DNA from: Octopus sinensis
Lineage: Eukaryota
Length of the DNA: 64,000 nucleotides
Assembly (NCBI RefSeq): GCF_006345805.1
Contig: NC_042999.1
Coordinates: forward strand, 78,554,001 to 78,618,000
Direction of reading: 5' to 3'
This document shows, in pieces, positions 1 through 13,837 of the stretch. Under the pieces are notes generated by a model, which did no database searches, was not told the origin of the DNA, and was given only the letters and a program-made list of their open reading frames with translations. The translations under genes and the position numbers were made by a program. Within the stretch, counting starts at the first letter, position 1. Each line of letters opens with the position of its first letter.

Positions 1-391
1 GTAGCATCCTCCCACATAGGGGAGGCTGAGTACCTACTCAAGAAACCGATGCTTATAAAACGTTAACTTCGATGCCCTACCGATTTTTGCTAACCCACAT
101 TGTTCGCAAGTTATAAACACTAACCCCTACGTATCAGTAATTGTAACTAATTACATATTTCTTTCAGTAATTAGTACGATTCAGTTGTATAATGCTTTCG
201 TATGTCCTATTCTTGGCACCAATAGGAAGTATTTTCAATCCTCTGCGGTGGCTGTAAATCAATTTGCTCTTACTTCGTTTCCAGTGTGGTCCGCTGAGGT
301 GATCGGAATTTTCCTAAGATTCATTAATAAACAAATAAGTCATACCCCGTAGTAACGTTAATGTATTTTGTTGAGCGGAAATATGGAATTC

Positions 392-449
392 GCTTTCTTT
401 CTTTCTTTCTTTCTTTATTTCTTTCCTTTCCTTTCCTTCTTTTCTTTCT

Positions 450-493
<44 letters not shown>

Positions 494-706
494 TTCCTTC
501 TTCCTTTCTTTCTTTCTTTTCTTTCTTCTTTTCTTTCTTTCTTTCTTCTTCCTTCTTTTCTTCTTTCTTTCTTTCTTCTTTATTCCTTTCCTTTCTTTCC
601 TTTCTTCTTCTTCCTTCCTTTCTTTTCTTTCTTTCTTTTCTTTCGTTTCCTTTCCTTCCTTCCTTCTTCTCTTCCTTCCTTCCTTTCTTTCTTTCTTTCT
701 TTCTTT

Positions 707-737
<31 letters not shown>

Positions 738-745
738 CCTTACTT
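392..745. repeat. Polypyrimidine (CTTT/CTT)n compound microsatellite
   Basis: Directly visible; explains the K/E/R-rich and F/L/S-rich ORFs at 324-838. Confidence 0.95.
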
Positions 746-1150
746 TCACTTTCATGCTCAACCTGTTCACGCAATCACTTATTTCTTCCTCTCTCTTACC
801 AACAAACACACTCCTTCTTTCTCTATAACACATCCTAATTTTCTCTTTTTTGTTTTACATACATGCAAACATACACTTGTTCTCTGTCTGTCTGCCTGCC
901 TGCCTGTGCGCGTGCGCGCCTGTATGCGCGCGCGAGTGTGTGTGTGTATGTGTGTATGCGCGTGTCTGTCACTTCCTTTGCATATATTTATATATATTTA
1001 TATTAATACGTATCTATATTTCTGTACACATACATATATATACATATATGTGTATATATGCATGTGTATATATGCGTATATATATATATATTTATATTTG
1101 TGTATATATATATATGTGTATATATATATATATATGCTTATATATATATG

Positions 1151-1193
<43 letters not shown>

Positions 1194-1699
1194 AAATATA
1201 TATATATTACATATACATATATATATGCATATATGTATAGATATGTAATATATATATATATATATATATACACTGTAATATATGTTCCTAATAAACACAC
1301 TCTTATTTTCTTTTTCCTATACATACACACTCATTATCTCTCATCACTCACACACCTACTCTTCTCTCTCTCCTCCCATCATTCACTCACTGCTACGCAT
1401 TTTGTCTTTGTAATTTACACACACACACACACACACAAACACACACATATACACATACACACACATACACACATACAAAGACACACAAACACACACATAC
1501 ACACGCATACCCAGAGTAAAATGGGTGCTTAACAACAAAGAAAACAGCAACATAAACAAATAAAAGCAACGACAATACGACGACGATGACGACCACGACG
1601 ATCACCATGACCACCACCACCAACAAGAAAAATCATAACAACAACTATAACAAAATCACTGCCAACGTTAACAAGAAAAAGAAATCAGTGCAACAATTG

Positions 1700-1702
1700 C
1701 GT

Positions 1703-1733
<31 letters not shown>

Positions 1734-2043
1734 GTCATCATCATCGTAATCATCATCATCATCATCGTCATCATTATCATCATCATCATCCTCCATCATA
1801 TCAAATATCATCATCATCATCACATCAGAAACTCATTCATCCATCGTCATCATTCATCATCAATCATCATCCATCATCATCATTCATCATCATCGGCATC
1901 GGCATCATCATCATCGTCAATATCCCATCATCATCCCATCATCATATCATCGTCGTCTCATCTCATCATCATCATCATCACATCATCATCAAGAATCATC
2001 ATCGTCGTCATCATCATCATCATCATCATCGTCATCGTCATCG

Positions 2044-2128
<85 letters not shown>
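1700..2128. repeat. (CAT)n/(CAG)n compound trinucleotide microsatellite
   Basis: Directly visible; source of the poly-His/poly-Gln ORF 1586-2173. Confidence 0.9.
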
Positions 2129-2129
<1 letters not shown>

Positions 2130-2626
2130 CAGGAAAGCAAACAAAAGAGAACAACCAATGTTTACGACTATAACATGATGATGCTGATGATGATGGTGGT
2201 GGCGGCGGCGATTATCTTGATGGTGATGATGATGAATATGAGGATGACGGCGATCATTACGATCATTATCATCATCATTGACATCAGCACCATCGCCAGT
2301 TTCATCATCATTATTATTATCCTCGTCCTCATCCTCATCCTTCTCTCCTCTTCCTTCCTCTACCTCCTCCTTCTCCTCCTCCTCCCCATCATCATCACAA
2401 CCACCATCATTGCTTCCAGCACCAGCACCACCAGCAGCTCCGCCACCATCATCATCACCCAATATAAATACCAATAACATACAATAACAACTAAATCATG
2501 ATAAAAACATATAGTTTGAAAATTGATCTTAAAGTTTGACCTGGGGATGTTGTCATATAGTCTTTGATGTTTCTAATACACATCTCGGTGCACATTCTTC
2601 CCCCTCTCTGTCTCTCTCTCTCTGAC

Positions 2627-2686
<60 letters not shown>

Positions 2687-2814
2687 CTCTCTCTCTCTCT
2701 CTGTCTCTGTCTCTCTCTCTCTGTCTCTGTCTCTCTCTCTCTGTCTCTGTCTCTCTCTCTCTCACACACACTCTTTCTCTTTCTCATTGTCTCTGATAAT
2801 ATATACATACACTC

Positions 2815-2845
<31 letters not shown>

Positions 2846-2927
2846 TGTATGTATGTATGTATGTATGTATGTATGTATGTATGTATGTATGTATGTATAT
2901 TCTGTGTACATTAAATAATATACTTAC

Positions 2928-2971
<44 letters not shown>

Positions 2972-3143
2972 TATATATATATGTAAGTATATTATTTAAT
3001 GTACACAGTATACAGTCACGGGCTATTAATAGTTTCATGCTTTGGAGATGTAGTCTAGGCAAGTTTCCATAACATGTCTTTATCTCTCACTGGATCGAGT
3101 GCTTTTTTTGTTGACCTTACCTTAACGGAAAAGTAAATTATAT

Positions 3144-3526
3144 GCAGGCGTGACTGTGTGTGAAGGTTCTGGGTTCAGTGCCATTGTGCCACAACTTGGG
3201 CAAATATCTTCTACTATAGCATCGGACCGAGCAAAGCTTTGTGAGTGGATTTGGTAGACGGGAACTGAAAGAAGCTCGTCTTATTTATATATTCATATGT
3301 GCGTGCGTGTGCGCGCGCTCCTCTCCGTTTTTGTCTCAACCCCACTTGACAACCGCTTTTGGTATGTTTATATTCCCGTAACTTAGCAGTTCGGCAAAAA
3401 AGAGATCGATAGAATAAGTACCAGTCTTAGAGAAAAGTTACTGAGGTCGATTCTTTGGCTAAAAATCCTTCACGGCAGTGACCCAGCATGGCCACAGCCT
3501 GATGACTGAAAGATTATAAGCAAAAG

Positions 3527-3528
<2 letters not shown>
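3144..3528 (+). mobile_element. tRNA-derived SINE, family A (CORE-like), diverged copy
   Basis: Colinear with the copy at 3589-3968 (cttgggcaaat, gtgagtggatttggtagacgg, gttcggcaaaa-agagatcgatagaataagta, cagcatggcc). Confidence 0.8.
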
Positions 3529-3587
<59 letters not shown>

Positions 3588-3588
3588 T

Positions 3589-3758
3589 AGGCGCAGGAGT
3601 GGCTGTGTGGTAAGTAGCTTGCTAACCAACCACATGGTTCCGGGTTCACACCCACTGCGTGGTATCTTGGGCACGTGTCTTCTGCTATAGCCCGGGCCGA
3701 CCAATGCCTTGTGAGTGGATTTGGTAGACGGAAACTGAAAGAAGCCTGTCGTATATAT

Positions 3759-3793
<35 letters not shown>

Positions 3794-3964
3794 TTGTGTG
3801 CTGGTGTGTTTACATCCCCGTCACTTAGCGGTTCGGCAAAAAGAGACCGATAGAATAAGTACTGGGCTTACAAAGAATAAGTCCCGGGGTCGATTTGCTC
3901 GACTAAAAAAAAGGCGGTGCTCCAGCATGGCCGCAGTCAAATGACTGAAACAAGTAAAAGAAAA

Positions 3965-3968
<4 letters not shown>
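3589..3968 (+). mobile_element. tRNA-derived SINE, family A (CORE-like; resembles octopus OR-type SINEs)
   Basis: tRNA-like head (tggctgtgtggtaag ... gggttca), CORE-like cttgggca segment, internal (TA/GT)n, A-rich tail; several other copies in the window. Family name is from memory, not a search. Confidence 0.85.
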
Positions 3969-4015
<47 letters not shown>

Positions 4016-4278
4016 ATATATATGTGTTGTGTGTGTGTGTGTGTGTGTGTGTGTCTATAAATGTATAATTGTCACATATTACATTTACAGATAAATTCCT
4101 CTATTTACATAATATCGCGGTCTCTTTCATTGTCTTACCATTTTTATCAATATATATATGAATGAACAAAAACATTCGAGTATTATATAGCTATAAAATT
4201 TAAAGTTAGCACTATGCATGTGTGTGTGTGTGTGTGCATGTATGTTTTATATGTGTATGTGTGTGTTTCTGCGACGAT

Positions 4279-4746
4279 AGTGGCTCTCATGGTTTCTGAT
4301 TGGAAGTGTTATCATGTACATGTTTTGACTTAGTATAAAAGATGTGCTACAGCAAATATTCTGCTCGATACCACAGATTTGCTTGTCAATTGCTTGGCCA
4401 TGACCAGTCGAGCATGTCTCTTAGTGGCTGATGATATATGAATCTCTGATCACGAGCTGGAGTAGGGAGGGGAGGAAACATCGTAGCCATTTGTTGAGCA
4501 TAATTCTTAAGGATTTGAATAATTCACATCTGGAAACATGGGTGTTTCATTCATCATCCTTAAACAATCCTTATTCTGGAACCTTTTGGACGGAATTGGC
4601 CACTCTACCTAAAAAATTTTTTATCTTGATATAAGATCAACATGTCGCGCATATATGGTTGTGATGCATGTACCAGGTGCAGACTTATGAGACGGGTAGT
4701 CATGATGTGTATACTGGACTTCGTATATTTGTACCCCAGTGTCACA
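4279..4746 (+). mobile_element. ORF-less TAA-tailed repeat (element X), slightly truncated copy
   Basis: Colinear with 8391-8938 (ggaagtgttatcatgtaca, gctacagcaaatattctgctc, gacgggtagtcatgatg, ccccagtgtcac); followed by (TAA)n. Confidence 0.85.
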
Positions 4747-4767
4747 GTAATGATAATAATAATAATA

Positions 4768-4816
<49 letters not shown>

Positions 4817-4892
4817 TGATAATAATAATAATAATAATAATAGTAATAATAATAATAATGATAATAATAATAATAATGATAATAATAATAAA

Positions 4893-5388
4893 AATGGAGC
4901 TGGAGAAATGTAAGATTTTGTGGGACTTACCTACTCAACCGGACAAGCAGTTAGAAAATAATAGATCAGACATAACACTTATAGATAAGGAAAAGCGAAG
5001 TTGCTTACTTATTAACCCATCATGTCCTTTTGATTCCAGGATCTTGAAGAAAGAGAAAAAACAAAACAAAACAAAACAAAAAATACAATCCCTTAAAATT
5101 TGAAATAGGGAGAATTTGGAGCTTGAAAACAGTAAAGGTCGTGCCTACAATAATTGGTGCGTTGGAAACAGTAAGCAAAGATGCTGACAAATGGCTGAAA
5201 GAGATTGATATAAATTGCCCGGTAGAGCTCCAAGAGAAAGTTTGTCCCTTAAGGACAGCAAGGATTATCAGGAGGGTTCTAAGCACTTGAAAGATTACTG
5301 AAAACTTGTGAATACCTAAGGTTACAGGTAGTAACCCGCTACCCACATAAATCCTGCCAGGAATAAGACCGAACCTGAGTCAAGTCAA

Positions 5389-5390
<2 letters not shown>
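4893..5390 (+). mobile_element. R4/Dong-like RLE LINE, 3' fragment
   Basis: Translates to KILWD...NRSDITLIDK...LINPSCP...EIGRIW...VVPTIIGAL...TARIIRRVLST*, stop at 5288-5290, then a 100-bp 3' UTR; (TAA)n on both sides. Confidence 0.85.
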
Positions 5391-5465
<75 letters not shown>

Positions 5466-5494
5466 TAAAAATAATAATAATAATAATAATAATG

Positions 5495-5538
<44 letters not shown>

Positions 5539-5586
5539 TAATAATAATAATGATAATAATAATAATGATAATGATAATAATAATAA

Positions 5587-7676
5587 CTGCTAATCAATCG
5601 TATGATCCTTGAGAACTGTCACAAGCGCAGAAATCTCAGCACCGCATGGATTGACTATAAAAAGGCCTTCGACAGTATACAGCATCCATGGATCTTGAGA
5701 TCGCTGGACATCTTCAAAATTTCCTCTGTGATTTCAAACTTCCTGAAGCACAATATGTCGTTGTGGAATACGAATCTCCAATTATACCACTCTAATGGAG
5801 TACTTGCCTCAGAAAATATAAACATCAACTGTGGAAATTTTCAAGGTGACTCACTTTCACCTTTAATATTCTGCATAGCCCTAATACCCCTTACAAGTGA
5901 ATTAAACAGAACAGGGTATGGGTATAAAATTGCCAATAAAAAAATAAGCCATCTATTTTATATGGATGACTTAAAACTTATGGTAAAGACAATAATGAAC
6001 TTGAAGGCCTATTGCGCACCGTGAAAGCATTCAGCGATGACATCGGGATGGAGTTTGGACTTGAGAAGTGTGCCAAGGCCACTTTCCAGAAAGGGAAAGT
6101 GAAGACCACAAATTCAGTCGTGTTAGATGTTGACACAGTCATAAGAGAGCTTGAGCAAGAACAAACATACAAATATTTAGGGATAAATGAAGGCTCTGGT
6201 ATTCAGCATGCAAGCATGAAGAGAAGATCAGGAAGGAATGTTATAGGAGAGTTCGTGCAGTCCTGAAATCTGAACTAAATGCACGTAACAAGGTGTTAGC
6301 TATAAATTCCTTAGCAGTTCCAGTTGTTACTTATAGCTACAATGTGTTGAATTGGAATATGAGTGAAGTAAAGAATATAGATAGGAAAATACGCAAGCTG
6401 CTGAGTTGTAATAGGATGCACCACCCAAAGGCAGACGTAGATCGCCTTTACCTTCCCAGAGCCCAAGGAGGTCGAGGCCTGATCCAATTTGAACTAGCTT
6501 ACAAACAACCACAATTGGACTGGCCAAATATCTCGAAATATCGAATGACTGGATGCTAAAGCTCGTGGAAAATCACGAGAGACGAAAGAAGCTCCATTCT
6601 ATCATAAAGGAAAGCAAAAATTTGCTATTGATCTCGTGCAGGATACCCAAACTGAACAACCCGAGGGAAGTACGGCAACTATTGTTGCAAAGAAGGTGAA
6701 AATGATGGCAATGAAAAAAGCGCACGAGCAATTGGCTGATAGGTGGGAGGAGAAACCTCTGCACGGCAAATATGTGACCCGCAGCAAACAAGCTGATGTT
6801 GACCAGAAGCAAACCCATCAGTGGCTACGGAGCTCAGGGCTAAAAGCAGAGAGCGAAGGTTTCATCCTGGCTGCTCAAGATCAAAGCCTATTAACCCGGA
6901 ACTACCAGGCCAATGTGATGAAAAATGGAGCAGACCCAAAATGCCGATTCTGCAACGACATGATTGAAACAGTGGACCACCTAATCTCTGGATGTAAAGT
7001 CTTAGCACCAGTGGAGTATAAATTAAGACATGACAGAGTTGGCCAATATCTCCACTGGCTAATAAGTCGGCATTACAATATCAAAACTGCCGACAAGTGG
7101 TATAATCACCACCCTGAGGCTGTAACTGAAGGAGAAAATGTAACCATTCTGTGGGACTTTCCAGTACATACAGACCGAACCATCAAGGCCAATAAACCAG
7201 ATATTGTTGTGAAAGACCAAAACAATAAAGTTTGCTTATTGATCGACATGAGCATCCCCTGTGATCATAATATCTCAGCGAAAGAGTTTGACAAGCTCAG
7301 AAAATATAAAGACCTACTCATTGAAATTGAGAAAATGTGGCATCTCAAGGCGGTTACAATACCAGTGATCGTAGGAGCACTAGGAATGATCAAGAAGGGA
7401 ACCGAAAATTATATGAGAATGATCCCTGGCTTACCATCCCTGCAAGAAGTGCAAAAGATTGTCTTAACTGGTACATCACACGTATTGAGAAGAGCATTGT
7501 CGATGTGAGAACTGTTGCTGCTCATGTATTTTAATTTAACTTAAAAAAAAAAAAATGAACGAACTATTGAGTTTGGTTTAATGGCCTACCAATGTATACT
7601 ATGAGTTTCTTTGCCCTAGGAGTCGGGAAGACACTCGGCAAGAAATGGAAGCAAATTTGAAAGAAGAAAAAAAAAG
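5587..7676 (+). mobile_element. R4/Dong-like non-LTR retrotransposon (RT + zinc knuckle + restriction-like endonuclease), 5'-truncated and frameshifted
   Basis: RT motifs AWIDYKKAFDS, FQGDSLSPLIF and HLFYMDDLKL; CCHC CRFCNDMIETVDHLISGC; RHD; RLE motifs KPDIVV and IDMSIP; 3' UTR 7509-7676; flanked by (TAA)n on both sides. Confidence 0.93.
5602..7508 (+). pseudogene. Disrupted RT-RLE polyprotein (ORF pieces 5602-6024, 6012-6266, 6293-6559, 6636-7508)
   Basis: Four consecutive ORFs in shifting frames reconstruct a colinear RT to RLE C-terminus. Confidence 0.9.
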
Positions 7677-7742
7677 TAATAATAATAATAATAATAATAA
7701 ATAATAATAATAAAAATAAAAATAATAATAATAATAATAATG

Positions 7743-7786
<44 letters not shown>

Positions 7787-8177
7787 TAATAATAATAATG
7801 ATAATAATAATAATGATAATAAATAATAATAATAAATAATAATAATAATAATAATAATGATGATGATGATGATGTTGATGATGATGATGATGATATGATG
7901 ATGATGATGTTGATGATAATAATAATAATATAATGACAAAGATAATAATAATAATAATAATAATAATATAATAATAATGATAATAATAATAATAATGATG
8001 ATAATGATGATGATAGATGATGATGATGATGATAATAATAATAAATAATAATATAATAATAATAATAATGATGATAATGATGATGATGATGATGATTGAT
8101 GGTGATGATGATGATGATGATAATAATAAATAATAATAATAATAATAATGATATGATAATAATAATAATAATATATA

Positions 8178-8226
<49 letters not shown>

Positions 8227-8254
8227 TATAATAATAATAATAATAATGATGATA

Positions 8255-8307
<53 letters not shown>

Positions 8308-8334
8308 AATGATAATAATAATAATAATAATAAT

Positions 8335-8390
<56 letters not shown>
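7677..8390. repeat. Long (TAA)n/(TGA)n tract
   Basis: Directly visible, about 700 bp between the LINE tail and element X. Confidence 0.95.
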
Positions 8391-8392
<2 letters not shown>

Positions 8393-8938
8393 GCTCTGAT
8401 GCAGTACCAGGCAGTGACTCTCGTGGCTTCTGATCTTAACTGATTGGAAGTGTTATCATGTACATTGTTTTGTCTTGGTATAAAAGATGGGCTACAGCAA
8501 ATATTCTGCTCAATACCACAGATTTGCTTGTCAGTTATTTGACCTTAACCAGTTGAGCATGTCCCTTAGTGTCTGACGATATGTGCATCTCTGATCACGA
8601 GCAGAAGTAGTGGGGGAGCATCATAGCCGTGTGTTGAAAGGAATTCTTGGAGGCTTGGATAATTCACTTCTGGAAACATGGGTGTTTCGTTCAACATCCT
8701 TAAACAATCCTTATTGAGGGACCTTTTGAGCCGGATGGTGACTCGACCAGAAGAAAATTCTAACTTTGCTCCACCTGCAAGGTCATGCGCTGTTTATCTT
8801 GATATGAGATCACTATGTCGCGCACATATGGTTGTGTGCCTGGTGTACCCTTATCAGACGGGTAGTCATGATGGGTATACTGGGCTTTGTATATTTTACC
8901 CCAGTGTCACTTTGATGGCATGCACTGCTCTCTCACTC
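8391..8938 (+). mobile_element. ORF-less TAA-flanked repeat (element X), longest copy
   Basis: About 550 bp; two more copies at 4279-4746 and 13838-13970; (TAA)n at both ends; no obvious tRNA A/B boxes. Confidence 0.85.
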
Positions 8939-8949
8939 AATAATAATAA

Positions 8950-9075
8950 TAACGCCTGAAATTTTTGGTGAAGGGGTAAGTCAATCACATCGACCACAGT
9001 GTTCCATTGGTACTTAATTTGAATGAAAGGCAAAGTCAACCTCGGCGGAATTTGAACTCAGAATATAGCGATGGG
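8950..9075 (-). mobile_element. tRNA-derived SINE family B fragment
   Basis: Reverse complement of ctgagttcaaattccgccgaggttgactttgcctttca...aagtacca, as in 51770-52177. Confidence 0.8.
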
Positions 9076-9175
9076 CGAAATCCTGAATGTTTGGTGTAGG
9101 TGTGAGTCGGTTCGAATTCTAGGCGACGGTTTGTAAAAGGAATCAATATGAAAACATGGAAATAGGAAAAAAAGA

Positions 9176-9236
<61 letters not shown>

Positions 9237-9249
9237 TGTGTGTGTGTGT

Positions 9250-9294
<45 letters not shown>

Positions 9295-10007
9295 CGCATA
9301 TAAACAAAACAAAGCAAGGCGGAGAAGGAAACCAACAAGATAACAAAATAATAGAGACAAAGAAATAGAGAAAGAAAAAAAAAAAGAAACAAGGAATTGT
9401 ATGTTGCACTTCTATTGTGTAACTCATTATTTAGCCCTCGGCTAGACGCCTCTAAATCCTTGATCTTTCCATATACCGAAGGAAGACTATCTGTTGCAAG
9501 AACAAGACATGAAACGACATACATGCATGTATATATATACATGCATCTATACATACATGCATACATACATATATACATACATACTTATATACATACATAA
9601 ATGCATACACATACGCATACATACACACACACACATATATATATATACATACATACATATATATATATGCACATACATGCATGTATATATACACATATGC
9701 ATGCATAATGTATACATACATACATATACACACACATATATATATGGTAGATATGCAATATCATATACATATATGTATGTATAAATATGTATATGTATGT
9801 ATATATATATATATATGTATATATATACACATATATATACATATACATACATACATGCACACATACACATATGTATGTATATATAAATCCTTACAAGTTG
9901 TCTGTAGGGGAGTCTGTGGAGGAAAAGATTAAGAGCAGCACCAGTAGTAACAACAACAACATGACTGAAAATCCCAAAGGAAATAGCCAACAACACATAA
10001 CTACGAA

Positions 10008-10039
<32 letters not shown>

Positions 10040-11329
10040 ACAACAACAACAAACAACATCAACAAAATCTATCGAACTTTACCATAGATAATCTTTTCAA
10101 CCTCTGCGTTTGATAATAGTCAACAACAACAACAACCACAACAACAAGAAGAACAGCAAAAACAAACAAGAACAAGAACAGCAACAACAACAACAACAAA
10201 AACATCAACAGTAACAACATCAACGACAACAACAACAACAGCAGTAGCAACAACAACAGCAACAAATTTAACAAGAAGAATAACATCTGCAAAAACAGCA
10301 AGCATGTTAAAAAAGAATAAGAGTAATAACAACAACAACTACAACAACAATAACACGAGCATCAATGTCACTATCATTTTCCTTTCTTTTATAGACACAA
10401 ATCCGGCAATCTGGGGGACATCGACTCCCAGCGTTTATTTTGTATTTATTTCATCGACCTTGTATTTATTTCATCGATGCACGCTTGGACTATGTGGAGT
10501 AAGCTGACAGGAGAGGGGATGCAAAAGACTCAAACATGCTCAAATATTTTCAACTGCTTAACAGGTACCGACAGGATTTCCCGAATGTGCCAAAATGAGC
10601 ATAGGTTGACCACATCAGACCACATCATCAGATCATATGGTATTCTGTAGACAAATAGGAATAACGTAGGTCATGCATAATATAACGTCGGCATAGATCA
10701 CGAATTTGTGATCTGTAAGTATAGTGGCTTCGTAGGCCGGGATCCAGTCTGTAGAGGTTAAACGCGTCGTTCCAGGCGCTCCAAGCTTACAGAGACATCA
10801 TTGGAGAATTAGGTAAGCGGGGGTTGACGAGAATAATGATTAACATCATGGCAATTAATGTAGAGTCGATTGGAACCAGCGACTAGAGAAAACTAGTCAA
10901 GAAGGGAACTCAATTAGAGACTTAGAAAAGGCCCAGGGAAAATATCACGACCGACGTGTTTGTGGCAATATTTTTTCAATTTTTTTGGATCCACTTTGTT
11001 ATTACATGGTATTGCAAAATCTATGATCTTACATTATTGGTTTATGTTGCTTTCTGTAATGATACCTGATCTTGCTTCAGTAGCATGGAAATCCCATAAA
11101 ATTCTGTAATTCTTATTCTTTATCACAGCCTCTGGTTCGTGTTCATATCAATTTAAAGTTATTTCGAAACCACGAACTCGAAGGTCACGTTGTCGGAGAT
11201 AAGACGCGTGCTCTAAGACACGAAAAAATGGAAGCCATTCGATTCGTCCGAGCGGCACAACGAGGTCTTTGGTGGATCATGATAGAGTGTGCTACTGGAT
11301 TCTGAGTAGATGTGTGCAGTTTTTCAGTA

Positions 11330-11815
11330 CCACTTCACTTAGCTGTTTACCACAAGTGGTGGGTCGGATCGCAGGGTAAATTTCAGTACATAGATTGATT
11401 GATTGCTTCGATTCTTTCGTTAACGGAGGCGGAGTATTGCGAAAAATCGATAACTGATGAAACATGGGAAGTGATCATTAGTTGCGCGAGAAGCAAATTG
11501 CCTGGTTTGGATGGTCTGTCATACGAGCATAATTTACATTTGCTAAACTTGTTCGGCGATCTATTGGCAGTTGTCTATCGTAACTGGAAGGGGAGCAGGA
11601 GAATTCCTATTTCTGTCAGCCGAGGAGTGACTGTACTATAGAGAAAGAGTCTGAACAAGAACTGTTATTTTCAACCTATAATTCAGAAAAACGCAGAGTT
11701 CAAGATTTTAGCCAAGATATTAGTGAAGAGTTTAGCATATGTCTGTAGTATAGTGTTTGATGCGCAGACAAGATTCATCTCGTAACAATCTCCACTTCAT
11801 GTAATACATCATAAA
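11330..11815 (+). pseudogene. Decayed L1/Tx1-like reverse transcriptase fragment
   Basis: KLPGLDGLSYE...IPISVSRGVTVL...FKILAKIL resembles the RT N-terminal K(S/A)PGxDG ... YKILAKIL region; stops and frameshifts. Confidence 0.6.
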
Positions 11816-11834
11816 GAAGGTAAGTAAAGAACCT

Positions 11835-11895
<61 letters not shown>

Positions 11896-12416
11896 TTTCT
11901 GATCAATTTAGACAAATTGAAACCCTTCAATAGAGCCGAGCGTAAATACGTTGTGGCTGTTCTCGTGGTAGAATCGTTAGAGTATCGGAAAAGACGCTTT
12001 GCGTTATTTCTTCCGGCTAACTGCGTTGTGTTTAAGTCCTGCCGATGTCAGTTTTTGCCTTTAATCCTTTAGGGGTCGATGAAATAAAGTTCTGTCCAAG
12101 TCCTGATGTATATAGTATCGACTAACTCCTCTCATACTCATTACCTACTCATACTGCTCCGTGAATGTGACACCGTTCCAAGAGTTTACACCAGGAGCAA
12201 TATCTCTGACTTTGAAGCCTGTACTTCTCTTGCTGGGGCAACTGTGGGCAGATATGTAGTGCACTAGCTTTAGCTGTATCATTGTCTCGTCCTCAGTTTT
12301 AAACACAAGGCATATGTTTCTATATACCTTGCTTCAGTCGAGAGTATATACACTTCTTCCCACAATCATCGAAGACTCCATGTAGCTACTCTTCCGAAGG
12401 TGTATAGAAATCCTTC

Positions 12417-12952
12417 AAACTGGCAAGAATGATCCATTGGGAACTCTAGAAATCACGGCCTACAAAGAGCGAAGACATGGTATGAGTAAACCTCAGAAGG
12501 AGTCACCGAAAATGAGAATTGCAAAATCCTGTGGAATGTAATGATTCTGTACGATCACCTGACCAGACATCGGAAACCGGACATTGTTGTGGTGAATAAA
12601 AAAGAAAGAACATGTATGATAATTGACATAGCATGCCCCGGTGACAACGGGATCAATGTGAAAGAAAAAAACAAAAAAAAAACAACTATGATGATTTCAA
12701 GTGGGAAATACGAAAGTTGTGGTCAAGGAAGAGAGTTGACGTGATACCAATAGTAATTGGTGCACTTGGAAGTATCAGCACTCAACTACCAATATGGCTG
12801 AAAAAGTTAGAATACTTACAAAAATCAGCATTACTTGGAACTGCAAGAATTCTTCGCACGTTCTTGAAGCATGACCAGTAAACAAGTATCACCTTAGTCT
12901 GCTGGCTGTGAACAGCTGACACATTCCATCATACCCAGCAAAATAAGTTAAC
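12417..12952 (+). mobile_element. R4/Dong-like RLE LINE, 3' fragment
   Basis: LARMIHWEL, ENENCKILW, HRKPDIVVV, IIDIACPGD, VIPIVIGAL; TAA tail at 12953. Confidence 0.8.
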
Positions 12953-12964
12953 AATAATAATAAT

Positions 12965-13837
12965 ATGTCACAGCAGTACATAGGGAAACCAAAAAGCGAA
13001 ATGAAGTTAAAAACCAGAAAAATGAACGAAATTTATCCAACTGGAAAGAGAATGCTCTGCATGGTAGTAGATTCCCAAAGATAGTTGCAGGAAATAATAA
13101 TGAGGCATGGTTATGGTTGCAGAAAGGAAGACTGAAAAGGGAGACAAAGTTAGTTAGTAGCAGCACAATATCAAGCATTAAGGACTAATTGGATAAACAC
13201 CAAGACAGACAAAAACCAAGTAGATTTCCAGTGTAGGTAATGTAAATCAAAAGAAGAAAGTGTTAATCATATAGTAACTGAATGTAGCATGCTGGCACAG
13301 ACAGAATACAAGAAAATAATGACAATCTAGAGAGAGAAATCCACTGAGAGTTATGTAGAAAGCTAGAATTTGACCATACTAATAAATGGTTTGAACATAG
13401 ACCTAGATGTTGTGGGACTTTAACATTCAGACGGACAGAGTAATAGAAGCTAGACGGCATGATCTGGTAGTAGTAGATAAAGAGAATAGAAAGTGCCAGA
13501 TAATTGACTTTACAGTCCCAAGTGATAAGAAAGTCAATATGAGAAGTATAGAAAAGCTAGCAAAATATCAGAACCTAGCCATTGAGTTACAGAGACTGTA
13601 GAAAGTGCGGGGAAGATATATCTCTGTAGTTATAGATGCATTAGAAACTATCCTTAAAGATTTGAACAGATGGGTAAAGGAAATAGGCATAAAAACCAGT
13701 TTAGTACAGCTCCAGAAAACATTGTTATTAGGGACAACTAGGATACTTAGGAGGGTTCTTGGCATCGAAGGTTACTTGTTGTAGCTCGATGTTAGGGTTT
13801 TTTCTTTTCCAACAGTCTAATCAGTAAACAGTCTAAA
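12965..13837 (+). mobile_element. R4/Dong-like RLE LINE, 3' fragment (different subfamily)
   Basis: WKENALHG, WLWLQKGRLK, zinc-knuckle remnant EESVNHIVTEC, LWDFNIQTDRVIEARRHDLVVVDK, KYQNLAIELQRL; starts right after TAA repeats. Confidence 0.8.

Noticed and set aside
324-2487. Long ORFs (K/E/R-rich, F/L/S-rich, YI-rich, poly-His/Gln/Asp)
   Set aside because: Translations of simple repeats open in several frames on both strands; no domain or splice support.
3495-3515. CTGATGA...GAAA hammerhead-like string
   Set aside because: Only 2 nt between the motifs, so no stem II; it is a variant of the SINE A 3' end.
4279-9075. CRISPR-like repeat-spacer reading of the TAA-separated array
   Set aside because: Separators are variable-length microsatellites, the inserts are retroelement pieces of 0.1-2 kb, and there are no cas genes.
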